Positions 1-11,420 are shown, counted from the stretch's first letter. The stretch is 64,000 bases of DNA from an uncultured Candidatus Binatia bacterium (GCA_965218425.1 OZ244621.1:1216001-1280000); one strand, 5' to 3'. The notes: generated by a model not told the origin, from the sequence alone. Numbers and translations: made by a program.

Positions 1-557
1 AGCTGGGCGTTCCCTTCGAGCGCATGGACATTGCAGGGGCCTTTGGCGGAAACCGAGAGAAACCCTACCTTGATTTAAACCCCAACGGCCTCGTTCCCGC
101 TATTGAAGATGAGGGATTCGTGCTGTGGGAATCCAACAGCATCCTTCGCTATCTGGTTGAAAAATACGGCCGGGGACGACTCCTGCCTGTCACCATGGAA
201 GCACGGGCCAGCGCCAACCGCTGGATGGATTGGCAGCTGACGGCGATGAATCCCTTTATGGTAGCCCTGTTCCAGGGATTGATACGGCAATCCGAAGCCG
301 AGCGAGATCCGGCGGCCGTTGAAAGGGCCCGGCAGCATGCCGCTGATAAGTGGAAGATGGTTGACGACTATCTCAAGGAAGATCCTTACCTGGCTGGGGA
401 TACTTTCAGCATGGGGGATATACCGCTGGGCGTTTGGGCCCATCGCTGGTTCAACCTGTCCATTGATCGACCTCAATTGCCCCGAGTGGAGCAGTGGTAC
501 GCCCGTCTCTGTGAACGCCCCGCCTATCAAAAAAATATTATGATCCCTCTCACGTGA
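1..557 (+). CDS. Glutathione S-transferase (GstB-like), 5' truncated by window edge
   Basis: Motifs LNPNGLVP, LWESNSILRYL and FSMGDIPLG; the frame is open back to the window start. Confidence 0.9.
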   Translation, partial: LGVPFERMDIAGAFGGNREKPYLDLNPNGLVPAIEDEGFVLWESNSILRYLVEKYGRGRLLPVTMEARASANRWMDWQLTAMNPFMVALFQGLIRQSEAERDPAAVERARQHAADKWKMVDDYLKEDPYLAGDTFSMGDIPLGVWAHRWFNLSIDRPQLPRVEQWYARLCERPAYQKNIMIPLT

Positions 558-677
558 CTTCCCTCTTGAGTCGAGATCGCGGATTACGGCGGACTTCTAA
601 TTTCTCTACTAATAGATTCAGATGTTAAAGAATTGATCCGGTAGGTGGACTTTCCTTGCTGGCTCTGTCCTCACTTT

Positions 678-707
678 TCATCCCGCATCATCCCGCATCA
701 TCCCACA
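678..707. repeat. 10-bp tandem repeat x3 (TCATCCCRCA)
   Basis: tcatcccgca tcatcccgca tcatcccaca seen directly. Confidence 0.85.
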
Positions 708-724
708 TCCCGCCGCCGCCACTC

Positions 725-901
725 CTAGGACATAGAGTGGCACAAAACCACAGGCCCCCAGGCTCCCAAACCTTGGATCCAATCTCGAAGCTGCCCAAGG
801 CGTTCCCCCACACCAAAAGCGGGCGCCGATAGGACTACAACTATTAGAAACACCAAAAAGAGAGCAGGTTTCAACCCCTTCCGAACACTTTCGCTAGACA
901 T
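725..901 (-). pseudogene. N-terminal fragment of a TVP38/TMEM64 (DedA-like) membrane protein
   Basis: Hydrophobic helix followed by LRDWIQGLGAWGPV, typical of the family start; truncated next to the tandem repeat. Confidence 0.55.
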
Positions 902-1071
902 AACTGCTTGCTCCACCCCTGTCTCAGATTATAACATACCCGAGGATTGAAAAGTTCCTCGGGACTTTCACCTCCAATCCACGCCCGAGACATTTGTGAG
1001 TCAGTCCAATTGCACTTTACCACGGTTCTAAGTATCAAAAAAATAATACTCGACACTCAAGAGGTGACACC

Positions 1072-1753
1072 ATGGCGAAAGATGTCGCGTTGTTTGCGGC
1101 GCACGGGATGGGGAAGACCCCCCACCAATTTTGCCGACGAACTTGAGGAAGAACTTTTAAGTGAGTTGGGAAGCACGTATTGGGACCGAGTTCACTTTAA
1201 ACCCATTTTTTACCAGGGGCTCCTGCAAAAGAAACAAGAAAAAGTCTTTAACACCATGAAAAACAGAGCCGAGTTGGACTGGCTTACCTTGCGCCGGTTT
1301 ATCCTGTTCGGTTTTTCGGATGCGGCCGGCCCTGAGTATAGATCGGCTGAGCCCAATAGTCTCTACGAACAGGCGCAAAGGATCATTCTAGATGCGCTCA
1401 ATGAAGCCTTCGATAAGCTGGGGCGGACAGCAAAACCCGTAGTGATCATCTGCCGATCCCTCGGCGGTCATGTACCATCCAACTACCTTTAGGATTCTCA
1501 AATGACAAACGCCACCCATGGCATCCGGAGCAACGGGCGGCAGTGGGAAGCGCCAAGGAGATCGGAAAAGGACAATTTTCGTCGCTTTAAAACCCTGAGG
1601 CACCTTTACACCACGGGTTGCAATATCCCATTTTTTGTCACAGGGCTGGGGCGCGACAACATAAAGGCTGTCAAAACTACGACATCGGGATACCACATTC
1701 AGTGGTTTAACTATTACGACGAAGACGACCCCACCAAGCGCTTCATTACTTAA
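1072..1753 (+). pseudogene. Decayed alpha/beta-hydrolase-like hypothetical protein
   Basis: SD plus ATG at 1072 (MAKDVALFAAHGMG); frameshift in the C6 run near 1120; nucleophile-elbow-like CRSLGG; in-frame TAG at 1490 (SNYL*DSQ, likely W); ends abruptly after WFNYYDEDD. Confidence 0.6.
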
Positions 1754-2057
1754 CTCCCTTGCCATATCTTCAAGACCGAGGCATCGTATCAACCAAAAAC
1801 CCCTCCCGGTCTCATATGTACTGATCCACTACACGGGTTTGACACGTGCCCCATTATTCGGATACTTTCTTTGCAACGCCGTCAACGGCGTGCAATCAAC
1901 CACCCACTGAGAACCAGATATTATTACGGATAAGCCGCCAAATTCACGTCATATGAACATGCCTCATAGAGCAGCCCTTGTTGGAGTAACCGACCAAAGA
2001 GTATCTGGCCGGAAACCTGGTGGAGTATGGGAAAAACCATACAAATAGGAGGACCTG

Positions 2058-2966
2058 ATGGCCCGATTGGATAGCAAGGTAGCGGTGGTGTTCGGCGCTG
2101 GCCCAAATATAGGGGGAACCATAGCGCACTTCATGGCGAAGGAGGGAGCAAAGGTGGTGGTGAATGATCTTGCCCCGACTGCCGCCGAAGAGACACTGCA
2201 ATTCCTCACCTCACGCGGTTATGAAGCCATTTCCGTTCCCGGAGACGCCACTAAAGAGGAGGACGTGAACAGGATCTTCGGCGAGGCGGCTAAGCGGTTC
2301 GGCCACGTGGACACGGTGGTGAACCTGGCGGGCAATGTGGTTTGGGGCGACGTAACCAAGATGACTCTAGAGGACTTCAGCAAGTGCGTGCTGAGCTTTC
2401 TCTCCGCCGGTTTCCTGACCACCAAGTACGGAGCCCGCGCCATGATCGAGCACGACCGCAAGGGCAGCATCATTCAATTACTCTCCACCGCCGCACATTT
2501 CGGGGAAGCGGGAAGCGTAGCCTACTGCTCGGCCAAAGCCGGCCTAATGAATTTGGCACGATCGGCGGCCATGGACCTCGCCCACATCGGCATCAGGGTA
2601 AACACCATCACCCCCTGCTCCGTGGAGCACCAGCTTTGGACCCGGATGAAGGACGAGGTGGTTAAGGAGCCGCCGCCGCGCACCCGCTCTTTTTATTCCC
2701 GAGATGACTATTTAAAAATGATCCCCATGGCCAGATTCACTCGCGCCTCCGATATCGCGACGGCGGCGGTGTTCCTGGCATCGGACGATGCCCAGTTCAT
2801 GACAGGTGTGGACATACCGGTCGACGGCGGGCTACGTATAAAGTATCCTACCTGGAGGCCCGGCGACTACACAGGTGCTAACATCGAGGACTATCTCAAG
2901 TCCATACAGGTGACCCGCTACGGCGAGCCGGTGGGGGACTATTGGGACACAGTGAAAAACCGCTAG
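2058..2966 (+). CDS. Short-chain dehydrogenase/reductase (SDR)
   Basis: FGAGPNIG Rossmann variant, VVNLAG, YCSAK catalytic motif, IRVNTITP; strong GGAGG SD. Confidence 0.9.
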   Translation: MARLDSKVAVVFGAGPNIGGTIAHFMAKEGAKVVVNDLAPTAAEETLQFLTSRGYEAISVPGDATKEEDVNRIFGEAAKRFGHVDTVVNLAGNVVWGDVTKMTLEDFSKCVLSFLSAGFLTTKYGARAMIEHDRKGSIIQLLSTAAHFGEAGSVAYCSAKAGLMNLARSAAMDLAHIGIRVNTITPCSVEHQLWTRMKDEVVKEPPPRTRSFYSRDDYLKMIPMARFTRASDIATAAVFLASDDAQFMTGVDIPVDGGLRIKYPTWRPGDYTGANIEDYLKSIQVTRYGEPVGDYWDTVKNR

Positions 2967-2981
2967 AAGAGGAGAACCGTC

Positions 2982-4241
2982 ATGCAGCAGAAATCAACCC
3001 ATAAGGAAGCAAAAGCCATAGGGCCGGAGCTGTTCACTCAAACGAGCAAGGGAACCCCCATGGGAGACTTTCTCCGTAGGTTCTGGCAACCGGTGGCGGC
3101 CGTGGCCGAAGTGCCAAAAGGTGGGGCGATCCCCGTGCGACTCCTGAGCGAGGATCTAACTCTGTACAGAGGAGAGAGTGGCAGTCCCCACTTGGTGGCC
3201 GCACGATGCGCCCACCGGTTGAACCTGCTCCACACGGGTTGGGTGGAGGATGAAAACATCCGCTGCATGTACCACGGTTGGATGTACGACGGCAAAGGCC
3301 AGTGCGTACAGATGCCCGCCGAAGACCCAAGCTTTCCACCGAAGATCAAGATCACTGGCTACCCCGCGCGGGAATATTGCGGCTTGATCTTCGTATACAT
3401 GGGAGAGGGCGAGCCCCCCGAGTTCGACCTCCCGAGGAACGAGGAACTCGAACGTCCCGAAAACATCCGATGGGTCAATAACAACACCTGGCCGTGCAAC
3501 TGGTTCCAGTCGGTTGAGAACTCACTGGACGCGGTGCATGTGAGCTTCGTGCACCGGTGGGGCAAGCTTGGAGCCTTCGGGGGTGCTGTGACCGATCTCC
3601 TGCCGAAGCTCGAATATGTCGAAACGGAAGCGGGCATCAGGCAGACGGCCACCCGATCCGAAACCAATGTCCGAATCAGCGACTGGACCTTCCCAAACCA
3701 CAACCACATCGTTGTGCCGGGACTGAACGCTGAGGACCCGTGGACCCATACGTTTCCATGGATGGTCCCCATGGATGACGAACGTATGTTACGCATTGCT
3801 CTTCAGAGTTCTTCGGTCCAGGGAGCTGCCGCCAAACGGTTGAAGGAGTACTTGCTTACCCATGGCTACCAGGCTACGGACACGCCCAACGTATTCTTTG
3901 GCAGACATTCCTACAATCCAGCTGATCACAGAGAAGAGCTATTCAGGAAACGTGCGGTGCCGGAAGCGAAGACCAATGAGCTCACGGCTGCCCAGGATTA
4001 CGTGGCCCAGACAGGTCAGGGCACCATCACCGCCAGGTCACAGGAGCACCTAGGGCAGTCAGATGCCGGCATTATCTTCCTCAGAAAAATCTTTGAGCGC
4101 GAGTTGAGCGCCATGCTCGACGGCCGACCTCTCAAACAATGGAAGCAACGAACAAACCCTCTGGATCTCCCTAGCCAACCGGGGGAAACACCAGGGAAGA
4201 AGGAGGGCTGGGATCGTAAAGGGGTCACGGCGACCACTTAA
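2982..4241 (+). CDS. Rieske non-heme iron oxygenase alpha subunit (phthalate 4,5-dioxygenase-like)
   Basis: Rieske ligands CAH...CMYHGW; mononuclear Fe motif ENSLDAVHVSFVH...QD; EHLGQSDAGI. Confidence 0.9.
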   Translation: MQQKSTHKEAKAIGPELFTQTSKGTPMGDFLRRFWQPVAAVAEVPKGGAIPVRLLSEDLTLYRGESGSPHLVAARCAHRLNLLHTGWVEDENIRCMYHGWMYDGKGQCVQMPAEDPSFPPKIKITGYPAREYCGLIFVYMGEGEPPEFDLPRNEELERPENIRWVNNNTWPCNWFQSVENSLDAVHVSFVHRWGKLGAFGGAVTDLLPKLEYVETEAGIRQTATRSETNVRISDWTFPNHNHIVVPGLNAEDPWTHTFPWMVPMDDERMLRIALQSSSVQGAAAKRLKEYLLTHGYQATDTPNVFFGRHSYNPADHREELFRKRAVPEAKTNELTAAQDYVAQTGQGTITARSQEHLGQSDAGIIFLRKIFERELSAMLDGRPLKQWKQRTNPLDLPSQPGETPGKKEGWDRKGVTATT

Positions 4242-4285
4242 AGTCAGCACTGATAGCGCAAAACGGACAGGAATCTTCAGGGTGC

Positions 4286-4317
4286 GGCCAGCCTCTTCAG
4301 AGATGAAGCGGCTGGCC
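4286..4317. terminator. GC-rich hairpin between convergent transcription units
   Basis: ggccagcc-tcttca...tgaag-cggctggcc inverted repeat; no clear U-tract. Confidence 0.4.
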
Positions 4318-4389
4318 ATGTCTTCGACCCTGAGGCTAAGCCTCAAGCTCAGACCCGAAGAGAGCGAGCAGCCGATCGGCCGCGAGTCG

Positions 4390-4434
4390 AATGGCGGTCG
4401 CAGCAGGACTCGAACCTGCGACCACTTGCATGTG
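4390..4434 (-). repeat. Displaced 3' half of tRNA-Val (att site)
   Basis: 43/45 identical direct repeat of 31208-31252; runs from just beyond CCA to the anticodon. Confidence 0.92.
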
Positions 4435-4436
4435 GG

Positions 4437-4874
4437 CTAACTCCTAACAATATCTTCGAACGAAGGTTCGGGCATCCCCTGCTTCCAGATCGGATCCCGG
4501 AGCTCAAGCCTGTTCCCGGTTGGATCAAAAAAATAGAGCTCCCTACCCGTGAAATGACCTCTTGCCCGATAAACGAGCTCGATGACAGGAACCTTCCTTT
4601 CGTCAAAAACCTTACAAGCCTGCACGAAGGTCTGCGGGCTAACTGTAAAAGAATGATGGACCAGGTGATCTTCTTCAGACGGCTTCTCTACAGGCTGGTT
4701 GCGCGCGCAAAGCAGAATGCTGTGATCCCCGACGTTGAAGCACGACATGCCTGAAGTACCAAGCCGGCCTCCCGGAATAAGGCCGAGCAGATCGCCGTAG
4801 AATTTTTCCGACTCTTCCAGGTTGTTTACCGGAATGGACCAGTGCGTAACGCCCTCGATTTTTAGTAATCCCAT
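4437..4874 (-). CDS. VOC/glyoxalase family protein
   Basis: THWSIPVNNLEESEKFYGDLLG, HHSF, YFFDPTGNRLEL. Confidence 0.9.
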   Translation of the reverse strand: MGLLKIEGVTHWSIPVNNLEESEKFYGDLLGLIPGGRLGTSGMSCFNVGDHSILLCARNQPVEKPSEEDHLVHHSFTVSPQTFVQACKVFDERKVPVIELVYRARGHFTGRELYFFDPTGNRLELRDPIWKQGMPEPSFEDIVRS

Positions 4875-4960
4875 GGTAGCCTCCTTTTGGGTATTCTAAC
4901 TCTAGCGATATTGTTCTTCCAGGGGGAGCTTCTCCTTTGCGATATTGAGCAGGAAAGTAA

Positions 4961-5695
4961 TTATCCATAAGGTGATCGCAGGAAAAAGAGCTGACCCGTG
5001 ATATAGCGGGCAGCGTTCGACAGCAAATAACGAACCAGACCAGTGATCTCGTCTTTTTCGGTTAGGCCTCCTTGCAAAGGAGGAACCGATTTGACTTTCT
5101 GCCAATAGTCATCCGGGACACCGGCTCTGCCCATTGGGGTTTCGGTCCAGCCCGGCGCAATGGCGTTCACAAGAATGTTATCTGGAGCTACTTCTCTAGC
5201 CATGGATTGGGTAAACGCGATTACGCCTGCCTTGGACGCGGCATAGTGTGAAGCATTGGGCTCTCCTACCACGCCCCGGTTTGAGGCCGTGTTCAGAATG
5301 CGGCCTTGCTTCCTTTTGCGCATGGCTTCTGCAGCCGCCTGAGAGCACAAAAAAATACCCCTGAGATTGACATCCAACACCCGGTCCCATTCCTTGGCCG
5401 TCATGTCTTTGACGGACGCAATGCTCCTGACACCTGCCGTGTTGATTTGGAAGTCTAACTGCCCGTACTTTTTGAGGACCTGATCCATCATGCCAGCTAC
5501 GCTATCTTTGTCCCCCACATCAACAGCAACGGCAAGTGCCTCGTTTCCAGCCCTCTGGAGGTGACTGGCTAGAAGTTCTGCATCGTCTTTTTTTAAGTCC
5601 GCGACGACGACCCTAAGACCGTCCTGGGCAAGTGCTGTACAAATGGCGGATCCAATTCCACCTGCTCCCCCTGTTACAATAGCGACGTCTGCCAT
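4961..5695 (-). CDS. SDR family oxidoreductase (FabG-like)
   Basis: TGGAGGIG, NTAG, YAASK, VNAIAPG. Confidence 0.9.
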   Translation of the reverse strand: MADVAIVTGGAGGIGSAICTALAQDGLRVVVADLKKDDAELLASHLQRAGNEALAVAVDVGDKDSVAGMMDQVLKKYGQLDFQINTAGVRSIASVKDMTAKEWDRVLDVNLRGIFLCSQAAAEAMRKRKQGRILNTASNRGVVGEPNASHYAASKAGVIAFTQSMAREVAPDNILVNAIAPGWTETPMGRAGVPDDYWQKVKSVPPLQGGLTEKDEITGLVRYLLSNAARYITGQLFFLRSPYG

Positions 5696-5763
5696 TATTA
5701 CCTCTAAACGTTTTGCTGTTTCATCCTTTTCTTTTCGCCGAGAACCAACAATCCACTAGGTTC

Positions 5764-6225
5764 TCACCTTTCGCTAAATTCCAGCCAACTGTTTTTGATA
5801 TTTTCCACGAATTCCTTGAGTATGGCGTCGGCCTTTTTCCGGATGATGGGTTGTTCGAACTCGCCTATTTTGCCAAGGATACTGACATCGGTTTCGACGA
5901 GAAACTCCGTCTCACTAGAACTGATTTCCTTGAGCGACATCACGGTCTTACCCCTGACTGCCCCAGCGGCCATTCGATCGTTTGCCTCGGCCCGCAGAGC
6001 CGCACTCCAGCTCCCCCGGTCACGCTGCTCAAGAAAGATCTTATCATCGAGATTGAGTGAGATGGGTCCTATACGCACCTTCAGCTTCCCTTGGTAGGTT
6101 GTGTCGTCGATCTGAGTAACGGATTCCACCCCCGGAAGGGATTGTGCCACTTTCGGCACATCCATGAGAAAATCCCATAGAGGTTCACGAGCCGTAGGTA
6201 TCACTGCTTGTCGATTAAACTTCAC
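5764..6225 (-). CDS. coxG: CoxG-like SRPBCC protein
   Basis: LWDFLMDVPKVAQSLPG, VRIGPI, LGKIGEF; GTG start after GGGAGG. Confidence 0.8.
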   Translation of the reverse strand: MKFNRQAVIPTAREPLWDFLMDVPKVAQSLPGVESVTQIDDTTYQGKLKVRIGPISLNLDDKIFLEQRDRGSWSAALRAEANDRMAAGAVRGKTVMSLKEISSSETEFLVETDVSILGKIGEFEQPIIRKKADAILKEFVENIKNSWLEFSER

Positions 6226-6315
6226 CTTTGCCTCCCTTTCAGTGGTCTCCATTGGAGACCAACGCCTATTGTATATCCGTCAATTTGATCGTTACACCGA
6301 CATCGCCATCGGTGC

Positions 6316-7164
6316 CTAACTAGCGCGCAAACTACAGCTGACCGTAATTCTTTCCGCTCTGTAGAACTCCTTTAAGAAGTCTTCGGGGTTAGCATAGCTC
6401 CGTTTAGGGACGAGCCTTGCCGGGAACGAAACTACCAACGGGTCCAGATCGAACGGGTATGGTCGGACGGTCGCGTTTTTTTCATCTGCTGGATCTATTG
6501 TGAGCCTCACATGATCTCCACCCGGAGCTACGGGCACCGGAACATTGTTCAAATCACGATGCGGACCGCTCTTGCGCGCCTTGCTATCGTTCAGGGGATA
6601 GCGATTACAAACGAACTGCGCAAGCTGGTCAAAGATCGTCATTAATTCGTAGTTTGCCCAGAGCTTTTCTTCCGCCACGAATTCCCGGAACTCTTCTGAG
6701 CCACGGAGGTCGTTAAGCAATTTCACCCGCAGTTTTTCTTGATCATCAACGTATTCCTTTACCAGGGGATTATCCGTACGGTCAGGTGGATAGGTGAACC
6801 TGCCATAGCCACCATTCATCAGCCCAACTCCATGCATTAGCACCAGTAAACCGGCATAGGGGTCTCTCCGCACTACTTGATTCACCCCATCCTTGTAGAA
6901 ATCAAGCCTGAACTTCCCAAGGTATTTGATACTGCCGTCGTGGTAATCGAGAGGGTATCCCTTATCGTTAAGGGTTGATGGTTTGATCTCCCACTCTTCC
7001 CAGCCGTTGTCATGCTCCTGTGCAGCCAACACGACTGATGAAAAAGGCTTGGGTTCGGAGAACATGGCGTTTCCCCAATGCGCGGCTAGGAAGCCTGCCA
7101 CTCTGGAATGATCAACTTGTAGAGCGAGTAGCATACGGGAATCATCGTACGGATTAACCATCAT
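6316..7164 (-). CDS. DUF3891 family protein (copy A)
   Basis: QVDHSRVAGFLAAHWGN, AQEHDNGW, DPYAGLLVLMH, VRPYPF. Confidence 0.8.
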   Translation of the reverse strand: MMVNPYDDSRMLLALQVDHSRVAGFLAAHWGNAMFSEPKPFSSVVLAAQEHDNGWEEWEIKPSTLNDKGYPLDYHDGSIKYLGKFRLDFYKDGVNQVVRRDPYAGLLVLMHGVGLMNGGYGRFTYPPDRTDNPLVKEYVDDQEKLRVKLLNDLRGSEEFREFVAEEKLWANYELMTIFDQLAQFVCNRYPLNDSKARKSGPHRDLNNVPVPVAPGGDHVRLTIDPADEKNATVRPYPFDLDPLVVSFPARLVPKRSYANPEDFLKEFYRAERITVSCSLRAS

Positions 7165-7179
7165 TGGACTCACCTCCTA

Positions 7180-8010
7180 GGTACAGAATTGGATCTCACC
7201 TGCCGCGCCTCTTATTAGGTTCAAGAACGGGTCCTCCTAGCCTCGCCTGAGTGGAGTTACACTCCAAACATCAGGGCTTTCACCATAACAGGAACAGAAT
7301 CTTTCTGTGGAACTGGTTTTCCAACTTCAACAAAGCGGATCGACTACATAAGCAATCCGCCCCATGGGAGTCGATCCAAACACCAGTTCCTCCCCTTTCG
7401 CTATAACCTTACCCGCCCGACGACGCTTCTCTTCCTCCCTCGCATAGGCCAGTTGGTCGTAATAGAGTTAGGCCACGGAGCCTGTTTCCTTCCCTTTCGG
7501 CTTCCATCTTTCCGGATCGAAATCGATGCGAGATCCCTCAGACGGCCCTCCCGCTCCGCCTGGAATGAGGGTCTGTATTGCCTCCTTGCCTTGTTGCGCA
7601 AAGACCCACTACTCCGGGTATTCTTCCTCTTCGTAAAGCGCGCCCCATGGCCATGGTAAACGGACCCGTTGTGGCTGCCACATACAGAAACTCCTCGCCG
7701 CTCTCGTTCACGTGCCGATGCCAAGCAAAAACGGGAACACAGATTGAATCACCCGCTTTCCACTCATATTTCACTCCATCGATGATACTGTAACCGTAGC
7801 CTTTAAGGATCGCGATCACAGCCCCTACCGTGTGACGATGACCTGGTTTCCTATTTCGTTGCATGGGCTCATCCTCAAGGGGCCAGCGATCAATCCAGAA
7901 ACGAAAACTTCGTCGGTTAAAGCCCAAACGCGGATCCACAAGGTAGACATGAAAGTGCTCATCGAGCTGGGCCTCGATTTCCTCTGCCTCCACATTGACA
8001 TCCGGTGTCT
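7180..8010 (-). pseudogene. Decayed bicupin protein (gentisate-dioxygenase-like cupin); boundaries approximate
   Basis: GHRHTV...WKAGDSICVPVFAWHRH cupin motifs; frameshift near 7640 and several in-frame stops downstream. Confidence 0.65.
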
Positions 8011-8981
8011 GCCGTGGTGAAGTTACCCCTTCAACGCAAGCGGTTGGATGTTCTTTTTCACCAACGAAAGAAGATAGTCTGGCTTCATAGGTAAGCGGGC
8101 CGTTTCAACTCCGAGGGCGTTCGACATAGCATTGGCAAGCGCGCCCCCAGCCGCCGCGATCCCTCCTTCACCCCCACCTTTAACTCCCAAAGGATTTAGC
8201 GGCGCGGGAGCATCCTCGGCGGCCAAGAAACCTATAGGAGGAACCTCCATTGCTGTAGGAATCAAATAATCCATAAAGCTCGTCGATAAAGGTTGACCAT
8301 CAGAACCATAAACAAACTCCTCCAGCAAAGCTCCCCCGATTCCTTGAGCAAGTCCCCCAGCCATCTGTCCCTCAAGCGGCATCGGGTTGACTGCTCGACC
8401 CACATCCTGCGCAACGAGATATTTTACGACTTTCACGACGCCGGTCTCACGATCCACTTTACCACCGCTATATGAACACCATAAGGAAACGGGCGTTTGT
8501 CCGATGCAAAAAAGTCTTCCTCCGAAATCCCGGGTTCCGCGCCTTTTTTGATTGCTAAACTTGGAGTGGTTAGTTGAACGATATTCGCATAGTCGAGCGA
8601 TTGCCTAGCGTCTCCTCTGACGACAACACGCCCCTCCTTCAATGCCAAATCACTGGGATCTATCTCCAAAGAATCCGATGCCACCCGCAAGAGCTTATCT
8701 TTGACTTTACCGGCCGCAATGAGGGCGGCACTGCCCGCCATCACCGTGGTGCGGCTTGCATTGCTTCCCATACCATAGGGCACTTTGGACGTATCCCCAT
8801 GTATAACGCGCACGTCTTCCAATGTGACTTTTAATTCATCCGCCACAATTTGACTAAGAGCGGTTTCCGCTCCCTGACCGATGGATGCGCAGCCCGAATA
8901 TAGGACAACTTGACCTTTGTTGTTAATTTCTACCCGAGCATACTCCCAAGGCCCCAAGCCACTTGTTTCGACAAAGCAACC

Positions 8982-10074
8982 TATTGAGAACCGCATAATA
9001 TAGTAACATTGGATAAGAACTAATGTATAGTGGTGGTATGGGAAACCCACTTGGAGTGCGACGGGACTTTGAAGCATTGGAGCGGCGGCGGATGGAGGTG
9101 GGGAGGCTGTTGAAGCGAGGGCTGTCGGAGGCGGAGGTGGCGCGTTGGGTGGGAGTGCACCGCCAGTCGGTGAATCGATGGGCGCGGCAGTTGGCCGAGA
9201 GCGGCAGAGCCGGGCTCAAGCAGGCGGGGCGTGCCGGACGCAAGCCGCGACTGAGCCCGGCGGATCTGAAGAAGATCGAGGGCGGTTTGAAACGGGGACC
9301 CGAAGCGCTGGGGTACGACACGAGCCTGTGGACCGCAAGGCGAGTGGCCCACTTGATTGGGGAAGCCTGCGGAGTCACATACCATCCGGGCCATGTTTGG
9401 CGGATATTGCGGCAGTTGGGGTGGAGTTGCCAGCGGCCGACGGGACGTGCCTTGGAACGAGATGAAGAGGCGATCCGGCAGTGGAAGAAGAAGCGCTGGC
9501 CGGAGATTAAAAAAAAGCCCGAAACGAGGGGCGAACCATAGTGTTCGTGGACGAAAGCGGGCTGAGCGAGCGGCCGAATCGGTATCGTACGTGGTCGCCC
9601 CGAGGACAGACGCCAGTGCTGCAATATCACTTCAACTGGAAGAGTCTGTCGGCCATCGCCGGAGTCACCTGGTGGCGCTTGTACTTTCGAGTGTATCCGG
9701 GAGCCATCAAGAGCCCCCAGATCATCGAATTCCTGAAGCACTTGATGCGTCATGTTTCCGGGCCGCTGCTGGTAGTGTGGGACGGACTGCCCAGCCACCG
9801 GAGCCGGTTGGTTCGGGACTTTGTTGCCGCTACCGAAGGCGCGTTGGTGCTGGAACGGTTGCCGGCCTATGCACCGGAACTGAATCCCGTCGAATACCTC
9901 TGGGGATACTGGAAGCATCATGAACTGCCCAACTTCTGTGCCAAGGACTTCGCTCAACTCAGCCACCATGCTCGTCGCGCCCTTTGCCGAATGCGCCGCA
10001 GGCCTCGTCTCGTTACCGCCTTCTGGAAACAGTCCAGCCTTTTCTGATGTCATTATATTATACGAGGATCAATA
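8982..10074 (+). mobile_element. IS630-family insertion sequence (copy 1)
   Basis: TA duplication at 8982 and 10073; imperfect ~28-bp terminal inverted repeats (tattgagaaccgcataatatagtaacat vs tattgatcctcgtataatataatgacat); near-identical copy at 60446-61539. Confidence 0.95.
9023..10047 (+). CDS. IS630 transposase (two ORFs joined by a -1 frameshift at an A8 run)
   Basis: HTH ORF 9023-9541 plus DDE ORF (FVDESG, VWDGL, PAYAPELNPVE); slippery TTAAAAAAAAG near 9507. Confidence 0.92.
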
Positions 10075-11420
10075 ATCCAATTCCCATTGCCCTACCCTCT
10101 TGCTTTGCTCTCTCGCAGTCTTGTTTTACTCTCGTATAGTCCATGCGAGACAATGCCTTTTCAAAGAGGCCTGGATAGTCGCCGCTGTCATAAACTGTGT
10201 AATGATAGGGATGCGGGCCTTGATCGTAAGGCATCTCCTCAGGTCGAATAAAATTTCGACGCCGCACCTCCACCGGATCAAGTCCCAATCGGAGCGCAAC
10301 CAAATCCATAACGCGCCCGCGTACAAAAGCCGCTTCGTAACGTCCTGGGCTGCGGTAGGTCCCAACCGGTGTGGTGTTTGTCAATACGCAAAATACACTA
10401 CTACGGTAATTCTTAATCCGGTACGGCCCCGTGGGTCCGGGTATAGGCACCCATATTGAAAACGATCTCATCTTCCACGGCGACAATAGAGCCGTCCAGC
10501 GCGGCTCCGACTTTGATTCGATGTCTCTGCTCTCGGGACTGGTTCGACGTCTTTAGATGTTCGCTCCTGTCTTCGATCCAACATACAGGCCGACGGAAGT
10601 AAATAGCCGCATGAGGAATCAAGAAATTCTCCGGATAAAATTCCCCACGTGCTCCAAAACCTCCTCCAACGTCTGGCTCAATAAAGTGAATGGAGCTTTC
10701 CGGTAGATCGAGTAGACCCGAAAGAATACCGCGATTAACGTGTGTTACCTTCGTTGGCCCCCACACTCTCAGAGTGTCACTTCCCCGGTTGAACTCAGCC
10801 ACGAGCCCCCGGGTCTCCAGTGGTACGGCTCCGTGGCGCTGGGTAAAAAACTCGTCCTCCAATACAAGATCGGCCCCAGCCATGGCGCTATCTACATCTC
10901 CGTTATCAACGGCAAAGTGCGCCCCAATGTTATCCGACACCGTGTCGTGAAGCTTTGGAGCGCCCGACGTCATGGCCGCTCGCGGATCCGTAACGGTATC
11001 CAGTGGCTCGTACTTTACTTGACAAAACTCCATGGCATCCTCGGCCAAGTATCGATTCTGCGCGACTATTACGCCCACCGGCTCCCCTACGTATCGGACC
11101 TTGTCCCTCGCGATAGGATACTGTTGGGATCGTTCCAACCCGGGAACCTTTCCTGCACGCATGGGAATGGTTTTGAGCACCGGCATACGATCAGCGGTCA
11201 ATACTCCTAGTACGCCAGGAGCCCTCTCAGCAGCGTCAGTATTGACACTCACTATCCGGGCGTGGGCAAGTGGGCTCCGCAAGATGACCGCGTGGACCAT
11301 CCCAACGAGCTGGATATCCCCCACGAATCGTCCTATAGCCCGCAGGAGTCTGAGATCCTCAACTCGCTTAACCCTGGTTCCTATATAATCCATCGCATGT
11401 AACCTGTGCTCTGTACTGCT

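Larger units (their letters stand above)
8023..11393 (-). pseudogene. Xanthine dehydrogenase/CoxL-family Mo-binding large subunit (copy 3), disrupted
   Basis: Four fragments collinear with 18907-21222: deletion/frameshift near 10425, IS630 at 8982-10074 (its removal restores GRAMGIGLGCFVET), frameshift near 8458. Confidence 0.9.

Noticed and set aside
4390..4434. A second functional tRNA gene
   Set aside because: Only the 3' half is present; the D-arm and 5' acceptor strand are missing.
8923..10053. 376-aa antisense ORF (and its twin 60467-61540) as an ISXO-like or novel gene
   Set aside because: Shadow of the IS630 transposase; it is repeated only because the IS is duplicated.
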